Shown here in pieces: positions 38,457-52,230 of a stretch of 64,000 nucleotides of DNA (position 1 is its first letter; each line of letters opens with the position of its first letter). Source of the DNA: Toensbergia leucococca (lineage: Eukaryota); assembly GCA_022813965.1 (NCBI GenBank), contig JALDZS010000017.1, positions 1-64,000 of the forward strand. The letters are read 5' to 3'. The notes beneath the pieces are model-generated. The model ran no database searches, was not told the origin of the DNA, and saw only the letters and a program-made list of their open reading frames with translations. Position numbers and translations under genes: made by a program.

Positions 38457-38494
38457 GAATAGGGGCTGAATAGGGGCTGAATAGGGGGTTGAAT
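38457..38494. repeat. (TGAATAGGGGC)x3 11-mer tandem repeat containing AGGGG (STRE-like) cores
   Basis: Read directly; third copy is imperfect. Confidence 0.8.
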
Positions 38495-39314
38495 CCATGA
38501 CTCGCATGTAATTAATCGCTGGGAGCGAAGCGAAGTTACATTGCGACTTTCATGTCAGTAGAAAGCAGGATTGGGTTTAGCCGGTAGCACGCACTCGCTG
38601 CATTCCCCTCCCGGCGGATCTATTTTACATACCTAGGCTGCATTGCCAAGGAACGAGAAATCCAACTATCGACGAGGTTTCACACAAGGAGGTGTTAGCG
38701 ATGCGACACCGGCAATGCCATCTACTACCAAATTTTCAACGCTTTCAGTTTATTCAAAAGATTTGAAGAGCAGAATGAGGCCCTTCTCTCGGCTGGATGC
38801 TCAGTCGCTACCCAGATGCCAGAATAGCGCTCTCCATCACGTCATACAGAAGCTAGGAAATCATGGGTGTTCTTTCAATGTTCCGGTAGGGCGAACGACT
38901 GCTATCTACATAAGGCATGACAGCAAAGCAATGCAAGAATCTATACATGGAAATGCATGGCGAACAATATTCCCGCTCTTTCCTATCCATCTTACCATTT
39001 CCAGGATTTAGGTTTCGGATCGCACACAAGAGCCTGTCGCGCTAGCACCGGAATCTGGGTATTCCAAATGCGAAAATCAAAATCTGGATCCGGATTTCCC
39101 GGACCGTGGGTCCCCTCATACTCTCCTTGCTGCTCTTCTCGCCCGAGTTGTCAAGTCCCTGCTATGCAGTCGAAACAGTTCATTTGCACGGTAGCTTCGT
39201 CAAACTGAGTTCTTGGCCTTGCACAGAAATTGCTTCCTATGGCTGGGGGAGGAAATTGGGGTCAGATCATTGAAACTTCGCGCCAATGTGCGTTTGTGAT
39301 CGCTGCGCTGTCCT

Positions 39315-40439
39315 TCAGATTCTCTCGGTTGGACTATCTGTATGCGGTGATGGGCTCGACTCTGATCCCTCTGATCCCTTTTCCAAGGATTTGGGCTCAT
39401 CGTCAAAAACCTCCTCTTCGGACATGATCCTCGTAACCATAGTCCGCTCCCCTTTTTCCACATCCTTGACTGGATGACCCCGTCCCGCCAAGTAATCACC
39501 TGGCCTACTCGCACCTCTAGGAACAAAGAATCTATGATCTACTCTGACGATGATGTAGAGCCAGATGACAAGGATCTCGACGGTGAAGTTGAAGACGTAG
39601 AAACACGCCTTGGACTGATACCACGCGGGATTGTTTGCTGGACGCGGTGTTATGTAGTTTGTGCCTACGCGGAACGATGCTCCCAGGCAGAGCAGTGTTG
39701 TTGCTGCAAGCAATATTCCGATCTTGGTTCGGAAGCGGCCGCTACCAAATTGTTCCACTTTGTGGGGAAGGATAATGCCACCAATGACGAGGGGAATGGG
39801 CATAAAGGAAATGATGGCGAAATAGGTTTGACCGTAGAGCTGAACATCGCGGTCGATGCGCTTGGTGTTGTTGTTGAGCGTGTAGAAGGACTGCACCGTA
39901 CAAAAGACGAGCATGAATATCGACACTACTATGAGTGCATAACACGCCACGAAAGAAGCTGATACCACCGGATGCCAAAAGCTTCGCGGATGCGACGCTC
40001 TCAAGATGCGCTGAGCAAAGTTCATGTTGACAACAAAGGCGATAACGACACCCACAGCAACAAAGATCTCGGCAGCAATGGCGATAGAGACGTTCTCAGG
40101 GCGGGTAGCCCACACGATGCGCATGATACAGGTGACAACACGCATGCAGCAGAAGCCGAACATCATGCCAGAAATGATGAACTTGCGGTCTCGGCGCATG
40201 TTAAGTTGGAAGATAGTCATATGTGAGATGGCGCCTAGGAGGTAGAGGAGAAGGAAAACTGCTGTGATTGGGACGTCGAGGCTTGTGGTTGGAACGCCGC
40301 CGAGCGAGGAAGTTGTAGGGGGATAGGGTGCGTGGAGGGGAGGAGAGGAGGACTAGCGGTCGAGTTGTGAGCAGGGGCTTGTGGTCAGGGGGATGAAAGG
40401 GTTGTGGACCTGTCTTTCTTGAAGCAGTATGGAATTCAT
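39315..40439 (-). CDS. Multi-TM fungal membrane protein (DUF3112-like)
   Basis: Frame extends upstream of the ORF-track ATG (PYPPTTSSLGGVPTTSLDVPITAVFLLLYLLGAISHMTIFQLN). Motifs FGFCCMRVVTCIMRIVWA, AQRILRASHP, PAWYQSKACFYVFNFTVEI, RVDHRFFVPRG. A short first exon at 40439-40410 is inferred. Confidence 0.75.
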
Positions 40440-40522
40440 GATGGTAGATTGTTCTTTCGAAGCTTTTCAAATTTGCTGTGTCCCGTGATCCAGTAAGTTG
40501 AGTATTTCTCTATATCTCAGTT

Positions 40523-40566
40523 TCAAGTATCAAGTATCAAGTATCAAGTGTCAAGTATCAAGTATC
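40523..40566. repeat. (TCAAGTA)x6 heptamer microsatellite in the upstream region
   Basis: Read directly; one variant unit TCAAGTG. Confidence 0.9.
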
Positions 40567-41710
40567 TGGTATCTGCAAGCTTTTTCTCGTGATATATCAA
40601 TGCCTCTCGCGCTAATTAGGGCTGGCTTTTCGTGGTAACGTCGGACACAAACGCAGAATGGGATTGCACCATCGTCTATTCGGTGAAAGTAGCAGCGCTC
40701 CCTCATCTTTTATACCACCTCACGGCCGCGTTTTGGAGGGCGCGAGTGACGCTTTGCGCGAGGCTAAAGAGCACCTAATGTACCTAATGTGCATGTAACA
40801 TGTGCAAGGTGGTAAGGTACTCGCTTTTTCGGTGCATCGGTCTTAGGGACAAGCGATATCGCGAGCGCGGAATCGCCGGAACAACCGTATCAGCGGAAAT
40901 ATGTCATGAAGCTTGGCACGCGGTGATAGTAATCATGATCTCGAATGCCGTGTTGTAGATTGTATATGCAAGTTGTTGTTTTTTTTTTTCGAGTTTATCG
41001 AATAAGACACAATGTATGAGTACAAGTAGGTACTTGTCACAGGAGGAGGATGAGATGAGAAGGATGGTGTGGCACGTGACGAAAGGGAACATCATTAAAG
41101 TGCGGAATACCGAGTAGTTCAGGAATACGCCATTCACGCCATTCACCCCGTGGCTGAGTGTGGCGTCGCTGAGTAAGGTAGTTTGCAGATTTGACAGGGA
41201 GACAGCCAGACAGGTGACAGCCTAAGGTAGGCCTGCTGCCCGCGTGCACATGGAGACGAAGCGGAGAAATGGCGGGGATATTCTAGAGAACGCTGGAGAG
41301 TGGAGGTACGAGGACATATGATTTCTGTTCAAGTCCTCCGTATTTTCAATTGTTCATCTGTGCAACTATCTAAAACAAAACCTCAGCCTTCTACTACATT
41401 CGGGCCTGCCGTCCGACTCGTTTAACTAAGAACATAGCAGGGCCAATTCGAAAAAGAGAATAACAAAACCTGCACCAGGTACGAAAGGAAGATTCAGCTA
41501 TTCAACAATATACGTAAGAGGAAGAAATAGGACAAGTTAGTGCCTGACTTCACAGGTTCCAACGAACTTCATTGTGATTCCTCGCACCGCCGCAGTTGAC
41601 AAGTCTCAAAACCGCAATCCACAGGCAACATACTGAAACTGATCCACAGGAGATCCCCGCACAATCATACCCATCTTGCATAATTCTGTCTTTTCTCATT
41701 AGATGACGAT

Positions 41711-44700
41711 TCAACGACCTTCTGCCCCATCCATCTGCTCTTTCCAGTCGCGCACACATCTCGCTACTTCCCCCACACTCTTTTTGCACAATGCTTGCGC
41801 CACATCTGCCTTCCTAGCCGCCTGTTTGGCTTCCTCCATTGCCTTCTCAGCATCCCTAGCATGCGTGATTGCATCAACCATGATCTTCCCCAATTCCAAC
41901 AGTCGCTCCTTCTTTGGGCTCGAGCGTTCATGACGGGCCGACTCGAGGATCTGCATCGCTAGAGTGGTAGTGATGGAGACCTCGTTGGGCGTGGGCGATG
42001 TAAAGGAAGGGCTCGTGGGAGTGTTGACCGTTGTCTCATTTCTGCCAACAATGGCATTGGAGCGGTTTGTAGAAGCAAGAGTAGGACGATAGAGCGATGC
42101 TACCTCGGAAATGGGTGGGAATGGGCTACCATTGTGAGTGACGGAGGCTTTCTGCTTGTTCTTCTTTCCCGTCTTCATAGCACTGGGCTCACTGGGGTCG
42201 GAAGAGCGCTTGTGAAACAGGCCACGGAAATTGGAGACCAAACCTTTGGAGTACGATCCCTGAGATTTGGTCGACTCATGAGCTATGGATTCGCGCTCGG
42301 AGCATACGTTGGGCAATTCTGATGTAGATGATCCAGCATCTTGTGAGATGCCGAGCTTGTGTTGAAGTGCAAGAAACTCCTTTGAAAGATTTTCATCAAT
42401 ATCCACGATCGGAGCTGAGGTTCTCGCAACAGATTCATTAACGGTGTAACTCAGAGGACTGGTACGGGAAGAGCTTCTGGGCGGGAAGACACTTGGTTTG
42501 GAACTAGCCGAACCGGAGACCAAAGGCTTTGGAGTCGATATTTCTTGTTCAGGAAACACAACGCCTTCTTTTCCAGCTTGTGCTTCGTGCAAAACATTAC
42601 ACCGAGTTCGAGTTTCCTCGCTAGGATGTTCTTGAGTTGTCACAGGCAGAATGTCCTCCGTACCGGAGGTCGCCACGCTACTACGCAAGGCGCTCCCGTG
42701 CATTTTCGGCATTGGAGAGATCCATGAATCCTTATCGTCGTGTCGAAAATAGGGATTGTTTTGCGTCTTGTCCTCTGCAGCCGTAGTACTCTTTGCGTCA
42801 GCTTGCGCCTCTTCCAGACGGGAACGAGCGTCAAAGAAAGGATCGTCAGTGAAAGACTCCACGTTCTTAAGATCGTTGTGGGGCTTCTGTGGGCTAGAGT
42901 TCGGACGGAGATGGTCCGTCGGCAATCCATAGGCTATTTCCACGCTCTTGACTTTCTTTTCTCTAGCCTTGACATCTACTAATCCCGCACGAGAAGCTGA
43001 ATGCGGGAGACCTTGACTCGAGAGCGGACGTTGAGATGGTTTCGCAAATACCACATCTACTTCGGCTTCTTTATTATACGCTTTTTGGAGTTCCTTCTTC
43101 ACGATAGCTTTTGGTAGACCCTTACTTTTCTTGTTATTGATACTTGGCTGGTTCTCCTTGTCCGAATATTCTCCCATAATAAATCTATTCGCTGACGGTG
43201 AGATTCTCAAGGTTGGTCCATATTCTGGAGACGTCATGGATAGCCGTTTGATCTGATAGCCATGCTTCGGAGATACCTGATGAATCTGGGAAGCGGTTGC
43301 ACCCCTATTTTCGCTAACGCTGCCCTGGACCTCTTGAAGAACTCCTTTTGTGCTGTCATCTTGCTTCTCTCCTGAGGCTGAACTATTAGGATCCTCGAAG
43401 ATCTCGAATTCGGTCCGAGGTATTGCTCTGGTATGACTACGGGTTTCGTGGTTTCGCTCTAATAAAGTGAATTTGTCTTCATTCTGATCAATTAAATTTG
43501 AAACAGCGCCGCGAAAGATTGGAATCGAGCTTCGGCGTGGCGAAGTGATGACTGGCTGTTTCAGTTCAACGACGTCTCTATTCATGCCAGAGCCATTCTG
43601 CTTAGAAGCAGATATAGTGGGAGCGTGCCGACTCGAGGGTGGAATCGTCGTCGATGGGCTAGGAGCTCTGAATCCATCTCGAAGGCTGCTACGGCTGCTC
43701 GGTCGATAGGCCGCTGCGCGACGACGGCTACCAGCCACCATTTGCGCTGGAGCTCGATTGGCGCGTACTGGAACTTTAGGTGGCTTGCTTCCACGAACAT
43801 GTGGTCTAGAAGAAGGACTAGGTGAACGAGATGGGGCATGAACAGAAGCACGAGAGCCGCCTTTGCTAGTGTTGACAGTAGTCTCATGCTGGGTCGTGAA
43901 ATCAGCAAAACCTACGACTTTTGTTTTTGACGATGGACCGTCATTAACAAGATGACCAGCTGAAATACGTGCGCGAAGAGAAGAAGTTCTGGTCTGGCGT
44001 GGATAAGCAATGCTCGACTCATTGGCCGACTTTTGTATGGCTGCAGCGCTCGCTGAAAGGTCCGGTAACATATCAGGTTCGCTATTCCGGTCTGACTTGG
44101 TTGCGGATATGATAGCGCCAGCTTCACCAGATAATGTACCACCGTAACCATCAGTATTCTTATTGATTTCTGTGGAGGTTGATTGGTTTGGCAGACTTGA
44201 TGAAGGAACCGGCTTGCGATGAATTGGTTGCGTAAATGTGACTTTCTTGGCTGGCTTAGTACGAACTACGACCGATGATGAAGTCACAGATGTGCTCGCC
44301 AGAGCAGGATATCTCTCCTTATCATCTAAGGTTGACCTTGGTAGTGGAAAGGGGCCATCTTGGCTTGCTATTTCTCGAAGCGTATTAGGAGTCGTGGGCT
44401 TTTCTGGGAATAGTGCTGGCCAATCTTCCACCTGCTGAGGTTTCCCAGGGGGAGAACGTCGGAGTGGCTTCTCAGTCGCATCGAGAAGGCACCGAGCTAC
44501 TTTGACCGGACTTAACTGAGAGATATGTGCAATTGGAGGACTTGGTAATGGTTTATCCGAGCGCTGAATGGTCGGAGCCAAGCTTGACTCTGGAGACGGA
44601 GAATCCAAGGACCTAATGCGTGAAGACGTGGCAAGCTGTGGCATGAGTCAGTGCTTTAGCTACCGATTTGATTAATGTATCCATCGAAATACCTTATCTG

Positions 44701-45043
44701 GAAAAGTGATGCCACCAACGCGCTTGGGCTTGCCTTCTTTCTTCGAACGAGGAGTACCGTCACCGACTCGGCCGATGCCAACGCGCTTTCCGGCCGAGGA
44801 CAGCCAATTACTGCCTCCTTTTGCTTTAGCAGAGTCTAGAGAGGTAGGTGTCGAGGTGCGGTCATGTATCGTAGACGTTACCGTAGCAGCCTGATTCGTG
44901 GAAGACAGGGTTGGAGACATGAAATGGGGCTTGGGTTTGCCAAGGCGCTCGATTGGTGACTTTTCACTTAGGGTTTGTGGCCTGGGACTCGACATATGTT
45001 TGACGTCGTTGGCACTGACCGTGGTATCAGTGAGGGTTCCCAT
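41711..45043 (-). CDS. Large Ser/Pro-rich, probably disordered protein with C-terminal helical domain (function unknown), 2 exons
   Basis: Exon 1 from 45043 to ~44692 (FPDK|gtattt) joins the 977-aa ORF via cag|CTTGCC. C-terminus LAMQILESARHERSSPKKERLLELGKIMVDAITHARDAEKAMEEAKQAA. Confidence 0.85.
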
Positions 45044-45686
45044 TGTGTTAGAAGATCGTTGTTGGACAGTCGAAGAATTGATCTGAAGACAATGTGATTG
45101 ATCTTGCTATCGTCTATTCAGTCAAAGCCCAACAAGACCTCGACGGCCTCGAGTGGCAATGGGTAAGTAGTTGCATAACATAGATGTGGCAAGGGTGCCG
45201 TAATGCTACAGATATTCGGAGGAATGATGTTTCTATGGTTCTCGCCTCGTGTTGACTTGAGGTGAATATACGTAGTAAACAAGCCTTGTGTAAGAGACGC
45301 GCCCAAAACTCACTAAAAGACGGAGAAGCAAAGATTCACCTTCAATAGGTATGCATCTAAAGCTTGAATGGCACAGCACACGTCCCCCTGTCACCCCTAA
45401 GCGTCGTTTATTGATTTCACAATCTTGTAAGTCTGTGACTGAATTAGACGTTCGCCAGGAGTAGGCTATGCCATAGAATATGTAGCTTGGTAGGGAAGTG
45501 TCTTTGCAAGGGGTCTTCACTCCAATTGATTCCCAGCAAAAAGCTAATACAGAAGAAAGATGTCCACTTAGCTCGCCGGCTGCTGGCAGGCTTTGCCGTT
45601 GCTCTGCTAGAAGCCAGAACAGCATGTACATCCCACCGTAAACCATATTTTGTAGCTCCTTTCCCCGTCGACGCCGTCAAAATCCA

Positions 45687-46479
45687 TCATCCGCTTCTCA
45701 TATCAACGTCTCCGCCGTCCACTATCTGACCAATTTTTCTTTTCGCAGTGGCTAGCCCGCTTTCTAGACTTCCTTTGTCATCTTCGCCTCCGAACTCCAC
45801 AATCTCCCACTCAACTCTGCTCCTTCCATCTCCACTGATCTCACCCCCTCTACTTCTTCTCATCCTGCCTAATTCACTGCCCTTGATGATTTCTTCAAAC
45901 CAAGGCGCTCCTGTGAGCTCTCTTCCTTGACTTCCGCTGATCCCACCCGAGCGTCCTTCCTCCACTCCCTCTTCCTTTTCTTGGTTGCCGGGTAACAGTC
46001 CTGCCTCTCCTAATTTCTCTACGCTCTCACTTTGCAGACTTCCCATATTGACACATACCCATTCGGCCTCTTCCTTGCTTTCCTCACTCCACAATGAGAG
46101 CGGGGTCCCACAAAAGCCGCAGAATTGGCGCTTAGTGAATGGGGCATGCTGTGGTGTAAAGACTCGTCGGATGGTATTGTGAGTTTCATCGGGATAGAAC
46201 GCGTAAGTGGTACTATGCAGCCAAGTGAGGGGAATGCGAAGAAACGTGGGAAGTGGGGTTGATAGGGCACGACCTGTAATGAAATTCGTAGGGTTAGTAC
46301 GGATAAGGGTGCATCATTTGCAACATGGGCCGCATAGGTCTCTGGTAAAACTCACGTTGTTCAGCACTATCGTCAAAGAAGACCTGTGCAATATCGTCAC
46401 CAGCATTGGAGGGAATGGCTATGAGATACTGATTTCGTCCACAAGAGCAAGCACCTCGAAGAGGTACTTCTTGCATCAT
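45687..46479 (-). CDS. GFA/Mss4-like zinc-binding protein, 2 exons
   Basis: LRGACSCGRNQY, then after the intron (gtgagt...tacag) TKRQFCGFCGTPLSLWSEE. Divergent from GWT1 across ~300 bp. Confidence 0.75.
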
Positions 46480-46775
46480 TGTGCTGATGTATCGAAGTGA
46501 ATTAGAGAGTATGACAAGACTTATTCAAGATCCTTAGTAATTATGTAACTTCATAGCAAAGATGTGTTGCTGATGAGGGATTGCTGTGGAATCGAAAAGG
46601 AATGAAAGAGGTGATGTTGATTCTGAGCCTCGAAGAATCCCTGATTGGCTGAGCTTTTCATTTCGGATTCACGAAATCACAAAGCCGCAAAACCACAAAC
46701 CCACGGAATCGAGATATGGAGACGAATTGATTGCGAAGTGGCACGCTTTTGTGACCCCGAATACGACCAAGATAG

Positions 46776-48324
46776 ATGGCGCAGAGCTATAAAGTGCTAA
46801 AGGAGGAGTTCGTATCTAACCTTTCAGGCGGAGACATCTTGGAGATCAACTACGTGACAGCTGTAGCTCCAGTGTGTGCGTATGAAACTAATTGTACAAC
46901 ACAACGACTGACATATTTTTACCTAGGCAGCTGTCCTTCTCTGGTCAGCTCTACAGTCCCGACGAGAGTTTTTCGTCCATTATGGCCCAGCAGCTCTCGT
47001 AACAGATTTCCTCCTCAACGTTGGAGCAATATTATTTGCTATCACGTTGTACTCCTCTAAACCAGTGCTCCTAAATGTTCTTCTCCTGTCGCCAGCTGTG
47101 TTGATTTACGTCGTTCCATTAGCATCTAACCGACAGAAAAAGCAATCAAAACCAAAGCAAGCAAATGAGACAAGCTCTACATCTTCAGGCCTACAAGGGC
47201 TCGATCCTTTACCTGTCCGACCGTTCATAACGACATATAGGGGTACTATGATGGTAGTGACCTGTCTGGCTATACTTGCGGTTGACTTTCGGGTTTTCCC
47301 AAGACGGTTTGCCAAAGTCGAAAATTGGGGCACTTCACTCATGGACGTGGGGGTTGGATCGTTTGTTTTTTCTGCCGGAACGGTCTCAGCAAGACCGATA
47401 CTAAGGGACCAGCTCGCTGGCAATGCACCGACTTTGAGCCAGCGGCTATACTCATCCATTAGACATTCATTGCCGTTACTGGTCCTAGGTATGGTCAGAC
47501 TTTACAGCGTGAAAGGTCTAGACTACGCTGAACATACCACTGAATATGGTGTACATTGGAATTTCTTCTTCACACTTGCAATGTTACCCCCGTTTGCTAC
47601 AGTTTTCCAATTTTCCCACTCATCGGTATTTTTACACTCGTTGCTTTCATCAGCTCTCGGCGGTATTTACCAGTCACTACTTGAATTCACCGACCTCAAA
47701 GCCTATATACTTACAGCTCCACGTGTCGACATTTTAAGCCAGAATCGCGAGGGAATCTTCTCCTTTTTGGGATACCTAGCTATTTTTCTTGCCGGACAAG
47801 CTACGGGGTTCTATATCCTCCCGCGTCATCCAAATCGAAGCTCAAGCACTGCCAATGTTACTGCACAACGAAAGCGATTAATCTTTCGCCTTGCTTCGTG
47901 GTCAATTATTTGGGGCTTACTATTCTATCTCACGACGTCGTACAGACATGGTCTTGGCCTTCGTGTATCCCGGCGTCTAGCTAATCTTCCTTACATCTTT
48001 TGGGTCTCGACATTCAACTGTACGCAGCTCACTCTCTTTTGCATCATAGAGACTGTGTCATTTCCTGGCGTTCATAAAGTCTTGGAGAAAACATCGGAGG
48101 CAAAGGTAGTGGCGAAAGCAACTAGTAAAGTGCTCAAGGCATTCAACAGGAACGGTCTTGCAATATTCCTCTTGGCAAATTTGATGACAGGACTTATCAA
48201 CTTGAATGTTAAGACTCTTGAAGTGAGTAGAGAAAGAGCCATTGCCGTATTAGTGGGTTATGCGGGGATCCTTACAACTGTTGCCATTATATTGAATGCT
48301 CGGAACATCTCGGTAAAAGTGTGA
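46776..48324 (+). CDS. GWT1: GPI inositol acyltransferase (GPI-anchored wall transfer protein 1)
   Basis: Exons 46776-46871 and 46927-48324. YKVLKEEFVSNLSGG, AILAVDFRVFPRRFAKVENWGTSLMDVGVGSFVFS, EYGVHWNFFFTL, VSRRLANLPY, NRNGLAIFLLAN. Confidence 0.97.
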
Positions 48325-48619
48325 TTTCTAGCATCTAACGATTTGTATTCTTTCAACTACCTACCTCTGCCGATTCACAACTCATCATATAGAGATGACG
48401 TCTGAGTTGAGAAGCTGGCGTTGAGATCACAAGTGAGAAGACGCAAGAGGGAAAATGATCCGCAAACGCAAGAGTTGTTGCTGTGAAACATGAAAGAAGG
48501 ATAGAAAGCTGGATGTAACGGCAGGTCGCTCGAGAATCTCCTGATGATTTTCTATGCTAGTAACATGGAACCCAACCGACTCGGATCTAACCCTTTCTCC
48601 AAAGCTAGAAGTTATGCTC

Positions 48620-48940
48620 TCAGGACATGTCATACTCGTCTGCCTCAGTTACGGAGAGAATAGGTAGTAGCTCGAGGTAGCGCCTTCTATCGCCGGAGCT
48701 ACTCGTCGCAACGCTCGAAGCTGTGCTGGTGCTGCTAGATCTGCGTTTCCTTGTAGCATTGAGGAAATTATCAATCTCGTCTTTGGTGGGCAAAGCGGTT
48801 ATTGTGTTCTCGTCCCTGGCGGAGGCACTGGTTGGCTTGGTGGCTACCGATAGCTTTGTGGGGCTATACTTGGTGGCAGGGAGAAGTTCGAGGAAACCTG
48901 GGGACGACTGGCGGCCAACGAGGCTGTCTGTTTCGGCCAT
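48620..48940 (-). CDS. Small Ser-rich hypothetical protein (106 aa)
   Basis: ATG in GCCATGG context. Repeated F/YLELLP motif at both ends and an RKRRSSST basic/phospho-type motif. Confidence 0.5.
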   Translation of the reverse strand: MAETDSLVGRQSSPGFLELLPATKYSPTKLSVATKPTSASARDENTITALPTKDEIDNFLNATRKRRSSSTSTASSVATSSSGDRRRYLELLPILSVTEADEYDMS

Positions 48941-51596
48941 GTCGGAGATGTAAGGGGATAAGATTGAATGTTGATGGCTGATAGAATTCCAAGAAAAGAT
49001 ATGGGAGCAATTGAGTAATTGGCGGGTACAATGTGTGTCTTGAGTAGAGGAGTTCCGGTTCTGCCACTAAAAGCTTGAGGATGAGAGCGTTGCGGAGAGA
49101 GGCCTTCTTCAAATACCACAGGTCTACAACTCGATCTACACTAAAATACTGATTTTCGCGTTGGTGAAGGAGGTGATTTGCATCAAGGTTGTCTCAACGA
49201 TTGTATGATCGCCTGTTATCTAGCGATCCCTATGAATTATCTGGAGACGGACGGCGAGCGTGGAGATGATAGCGGGAGGATTGGATGGACTCGTTTTGGG
49301 TCATTTCAACACCAACACCAACAGGGGAGAAGCAGGGAAAAGTAAGGCACAGGTGATATGTGATGCTGAATATACTTCTGCCCTTGTATTCTCGAGCAAT
49401 AGCGCGGTGATGAGTAGCGTTTCGGGTCGAAGCCGAAGTCGTGCTCTGCGAAATAGAATTCAGGCTAGCAGCGCAAGGCAACGTACATGGGAATCATGCA
49501 AGCCCCGTCCGCACAAGCTGACAGTCATCGACGATACACAAGATAGCCGTTGCTCTTGGACCAACATGCACTTGCCTGCTGCCTGCATCTCGGTCAGATC
49601 ACCATCTATCGGCGTCACGGCAACATGCTTTGATCTGGCTCGACATGACGTACGTATTGAGATGAGAATACACGATACGACGAAAGGTCACTTGACTGGC
49701 GCTGCATGCATGTCATTTTGACCTGTAAGGTAGCTCGATAGGTAAGGTAAGGTAGTGGTGCAACTTCTGAACGGCCTGGTCGCTAGACAGAGGTTAAGGC
49801 TCTTGGTGTGCCGGCAGACGGGATCATCCCCGAGTGAGTAGACACATCCCCTCTGCCACTACTCCGGAAGCCTTGATCAATCACACTTGGCCTGCATGAA
49901 GCCCCGGATGCAGAGAGGTGAACATCCAATCACACACGCAATGCATTATGTACGGTGTTATTCGCTGCTGGAGCCGCCGAGGTGAACAGACGTTGCTTGC
50001 TCAGGTGCATCGGCAAAAGCTCTCGGCCTGCTGGCTTTAGAATAGTAGGGTTACACGTCGTTTGGTCATGGCCAGCAGAGCGGAGGTTAGACAGTCAGGC
50101 CGGTGTAACAGGTTCAGAGGAGACAAAGTGTCCTCACCCCCATGAGACATTGCCTGGTGGACAGTCTTATCTTTCTACCTGCCTTCTGAGCTTTCCTTAC
50201 CTTAGCTGCTTAGGTATTCTGCGTATTCGTACCGTATTCTATCTGACATTTTCCAGCCCTGTCGATCCGATTAGCGCCAAGCCACAAGCGAAGACGCAAG
50301 GACCCCTCGACCTCTACGGATATACAATCCTCGTACGGATACTCGTACTAATCACAAGTCAATTATGTTTCCTTTGTTCCCTTCATCACGCCATGACATG
50401 ATCCAACAAGTCAACGAGGGATATAGTCGGCACACTCGTACTACTCGCAACTCTGCTATGCCAATGCCTCTCCCCATGTACGGCCTGTTGCAGTCCCAGT
50501 CCTGCGTTTTATTCACATATCGCCTTCTTGGCTGCTGCGAGACATTATTATTTCATTCGAGATGTTCTGACCCACCCCCTCGGGTCATAACCATTGTTTC
50601 TTATATTCGACCAGATATCTCTCCACCTTCCAAGATATTTCTTCACTACTAGTATTACTGATGTCGAACAAACCCTTTCTACTTTTCCTCACTTAATCAC
50701 CGACCAAGGTTTGTCTTAATCCTTTTCTTTCCTTAACCTCCAAATTGACCATCATTTAGGCTGAACATCTTCTGCATTCGTTGCATGTCATCTTGTCACA
50801 CAGCCGGCCGTTGCAAACCTCTTATCGAACGAGGCCATCACTACTACCACAGCCCAAGTAGCAGAGCATGTGCATCAAAGTTGTTCATAAGTATGGCTGT
50901 GGGCACCAACTCGTTGAAACGGCTTCATGTGCCAATCGAAAAGCTGGTGGCTGTAACGGCATCAACGAGAAGATTGTTCAGCATTCAGAAAAGTGTGATA
51001 AATGCGGTGGATAGTAGGTCATGTTTCTTGGACACCAAGCTTTTACCATCTACCTTCAAGGCTTACCTAACGTCGTACAGACTCTTATTTACGGCCTTAT
51101 ACATCAATCACGCAATACGGTGCTCTGGCTGCGATTACCGATACCCCTGCCTTCCAAGCAACAGACACGATTTACGAGTACGCATGACCATAGATCCCTG
51201 AGCGTGGTGTTCCGCACGCATATTAGCAGCTGAGATCGACCGGGTTGGCTTTCAATTTTTATGAAGTGGGTTGGGGCCATCAGTGCCGAGAGAAAAGCCT
51301 TTGGAAAAGACTTCATTTGTCAACGATGGCAAACACTCTACCTGTACATCTATTCACCCAAATTTTCGAGTCTCCTTTTATATACCCTTGCGAATATACA
51401 ACAGTGTGATGGTGGCGAATGCACTCACAGCAGAAGTACCTTATCTGATCATTCGCCTTCTCACATGGTATTGATATGACTCAACAGCAGCTATGACATC
51501 GAGACACACGAAACGAAACCCTTACCTGGGGGTAAAATGCACGAAACGATAAACCATCCATTCACACTCCGCTCGGCATTATACATACAAACAAAT

Positions 51597-52230
51597 TCAT
51601 CCGCTCCTCTGCCAAAACAGTAATGCGGAAATGCGGAAATGCTGCACCATGCATGCAAACTCGGCCCCGGCTAGCTCTTGTCCGGCCGTTTTGCAAATCG
51701 CGACATCTCGTGATTTCGGTTTTTTGTAAATGTCAGCAAGGGAAGGAGTGACTTGATGCGGTAAGGAGAATCCATCTTCGTACACCCTTGATTTGGACCT
51801 TTTATTTGGAAATACTCGGTCGAATATCCATTTCGCCTTTCTCAAATCACTATAAGTCGCTTGATACGATGTGATTGCGGGATTGTACATGCGGCTGCTA
51901 GTCAGCTGTATGCGGCGGTGATTTTATGCTAGATGATCTCTGTGTTACTGCTCGGCGCATGAATTGATTATGTGATTTATTCTCGAGTAGCACAGATTCC
52001 TGGGGTCTGCTGTCTCGGGATCTACTTTGTTGAGCGTATGTTGCATGAGGGCTTGGAGACGAGTTTGCATGCGGCGTGGGGGTGTGGGGGTTTAGTTTTA
52101 TGCTAGATGGCTTGGTGTGCGAGATATGAAAGGTGAACCAGGGTAGGGTGTATGTTAGGTATGGATGCCGGGTTGAGGAAAGAGATCGGAGAATTTGGTC
52201 GAATGGATCTCGAGTGGGGCCTTGTGACAT
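51597..52230 (-). pseudogene. Possible degraded or lineage-specific gene
   Basis: TATA-like TTTAATATAG ~50 bp before ATG 52230. Two consecutive protein-like ORFs (52230-51898, 51890-51597) with small internal duplications. Confidence 0.25.

Noticed and set aside
51521..51532. CTTACCTGG resembling the U1 snRNA 5' end
   Set aside because: No U1 stem-loops or Sm site follow; it is simply the complement of a splice-donor consensus.
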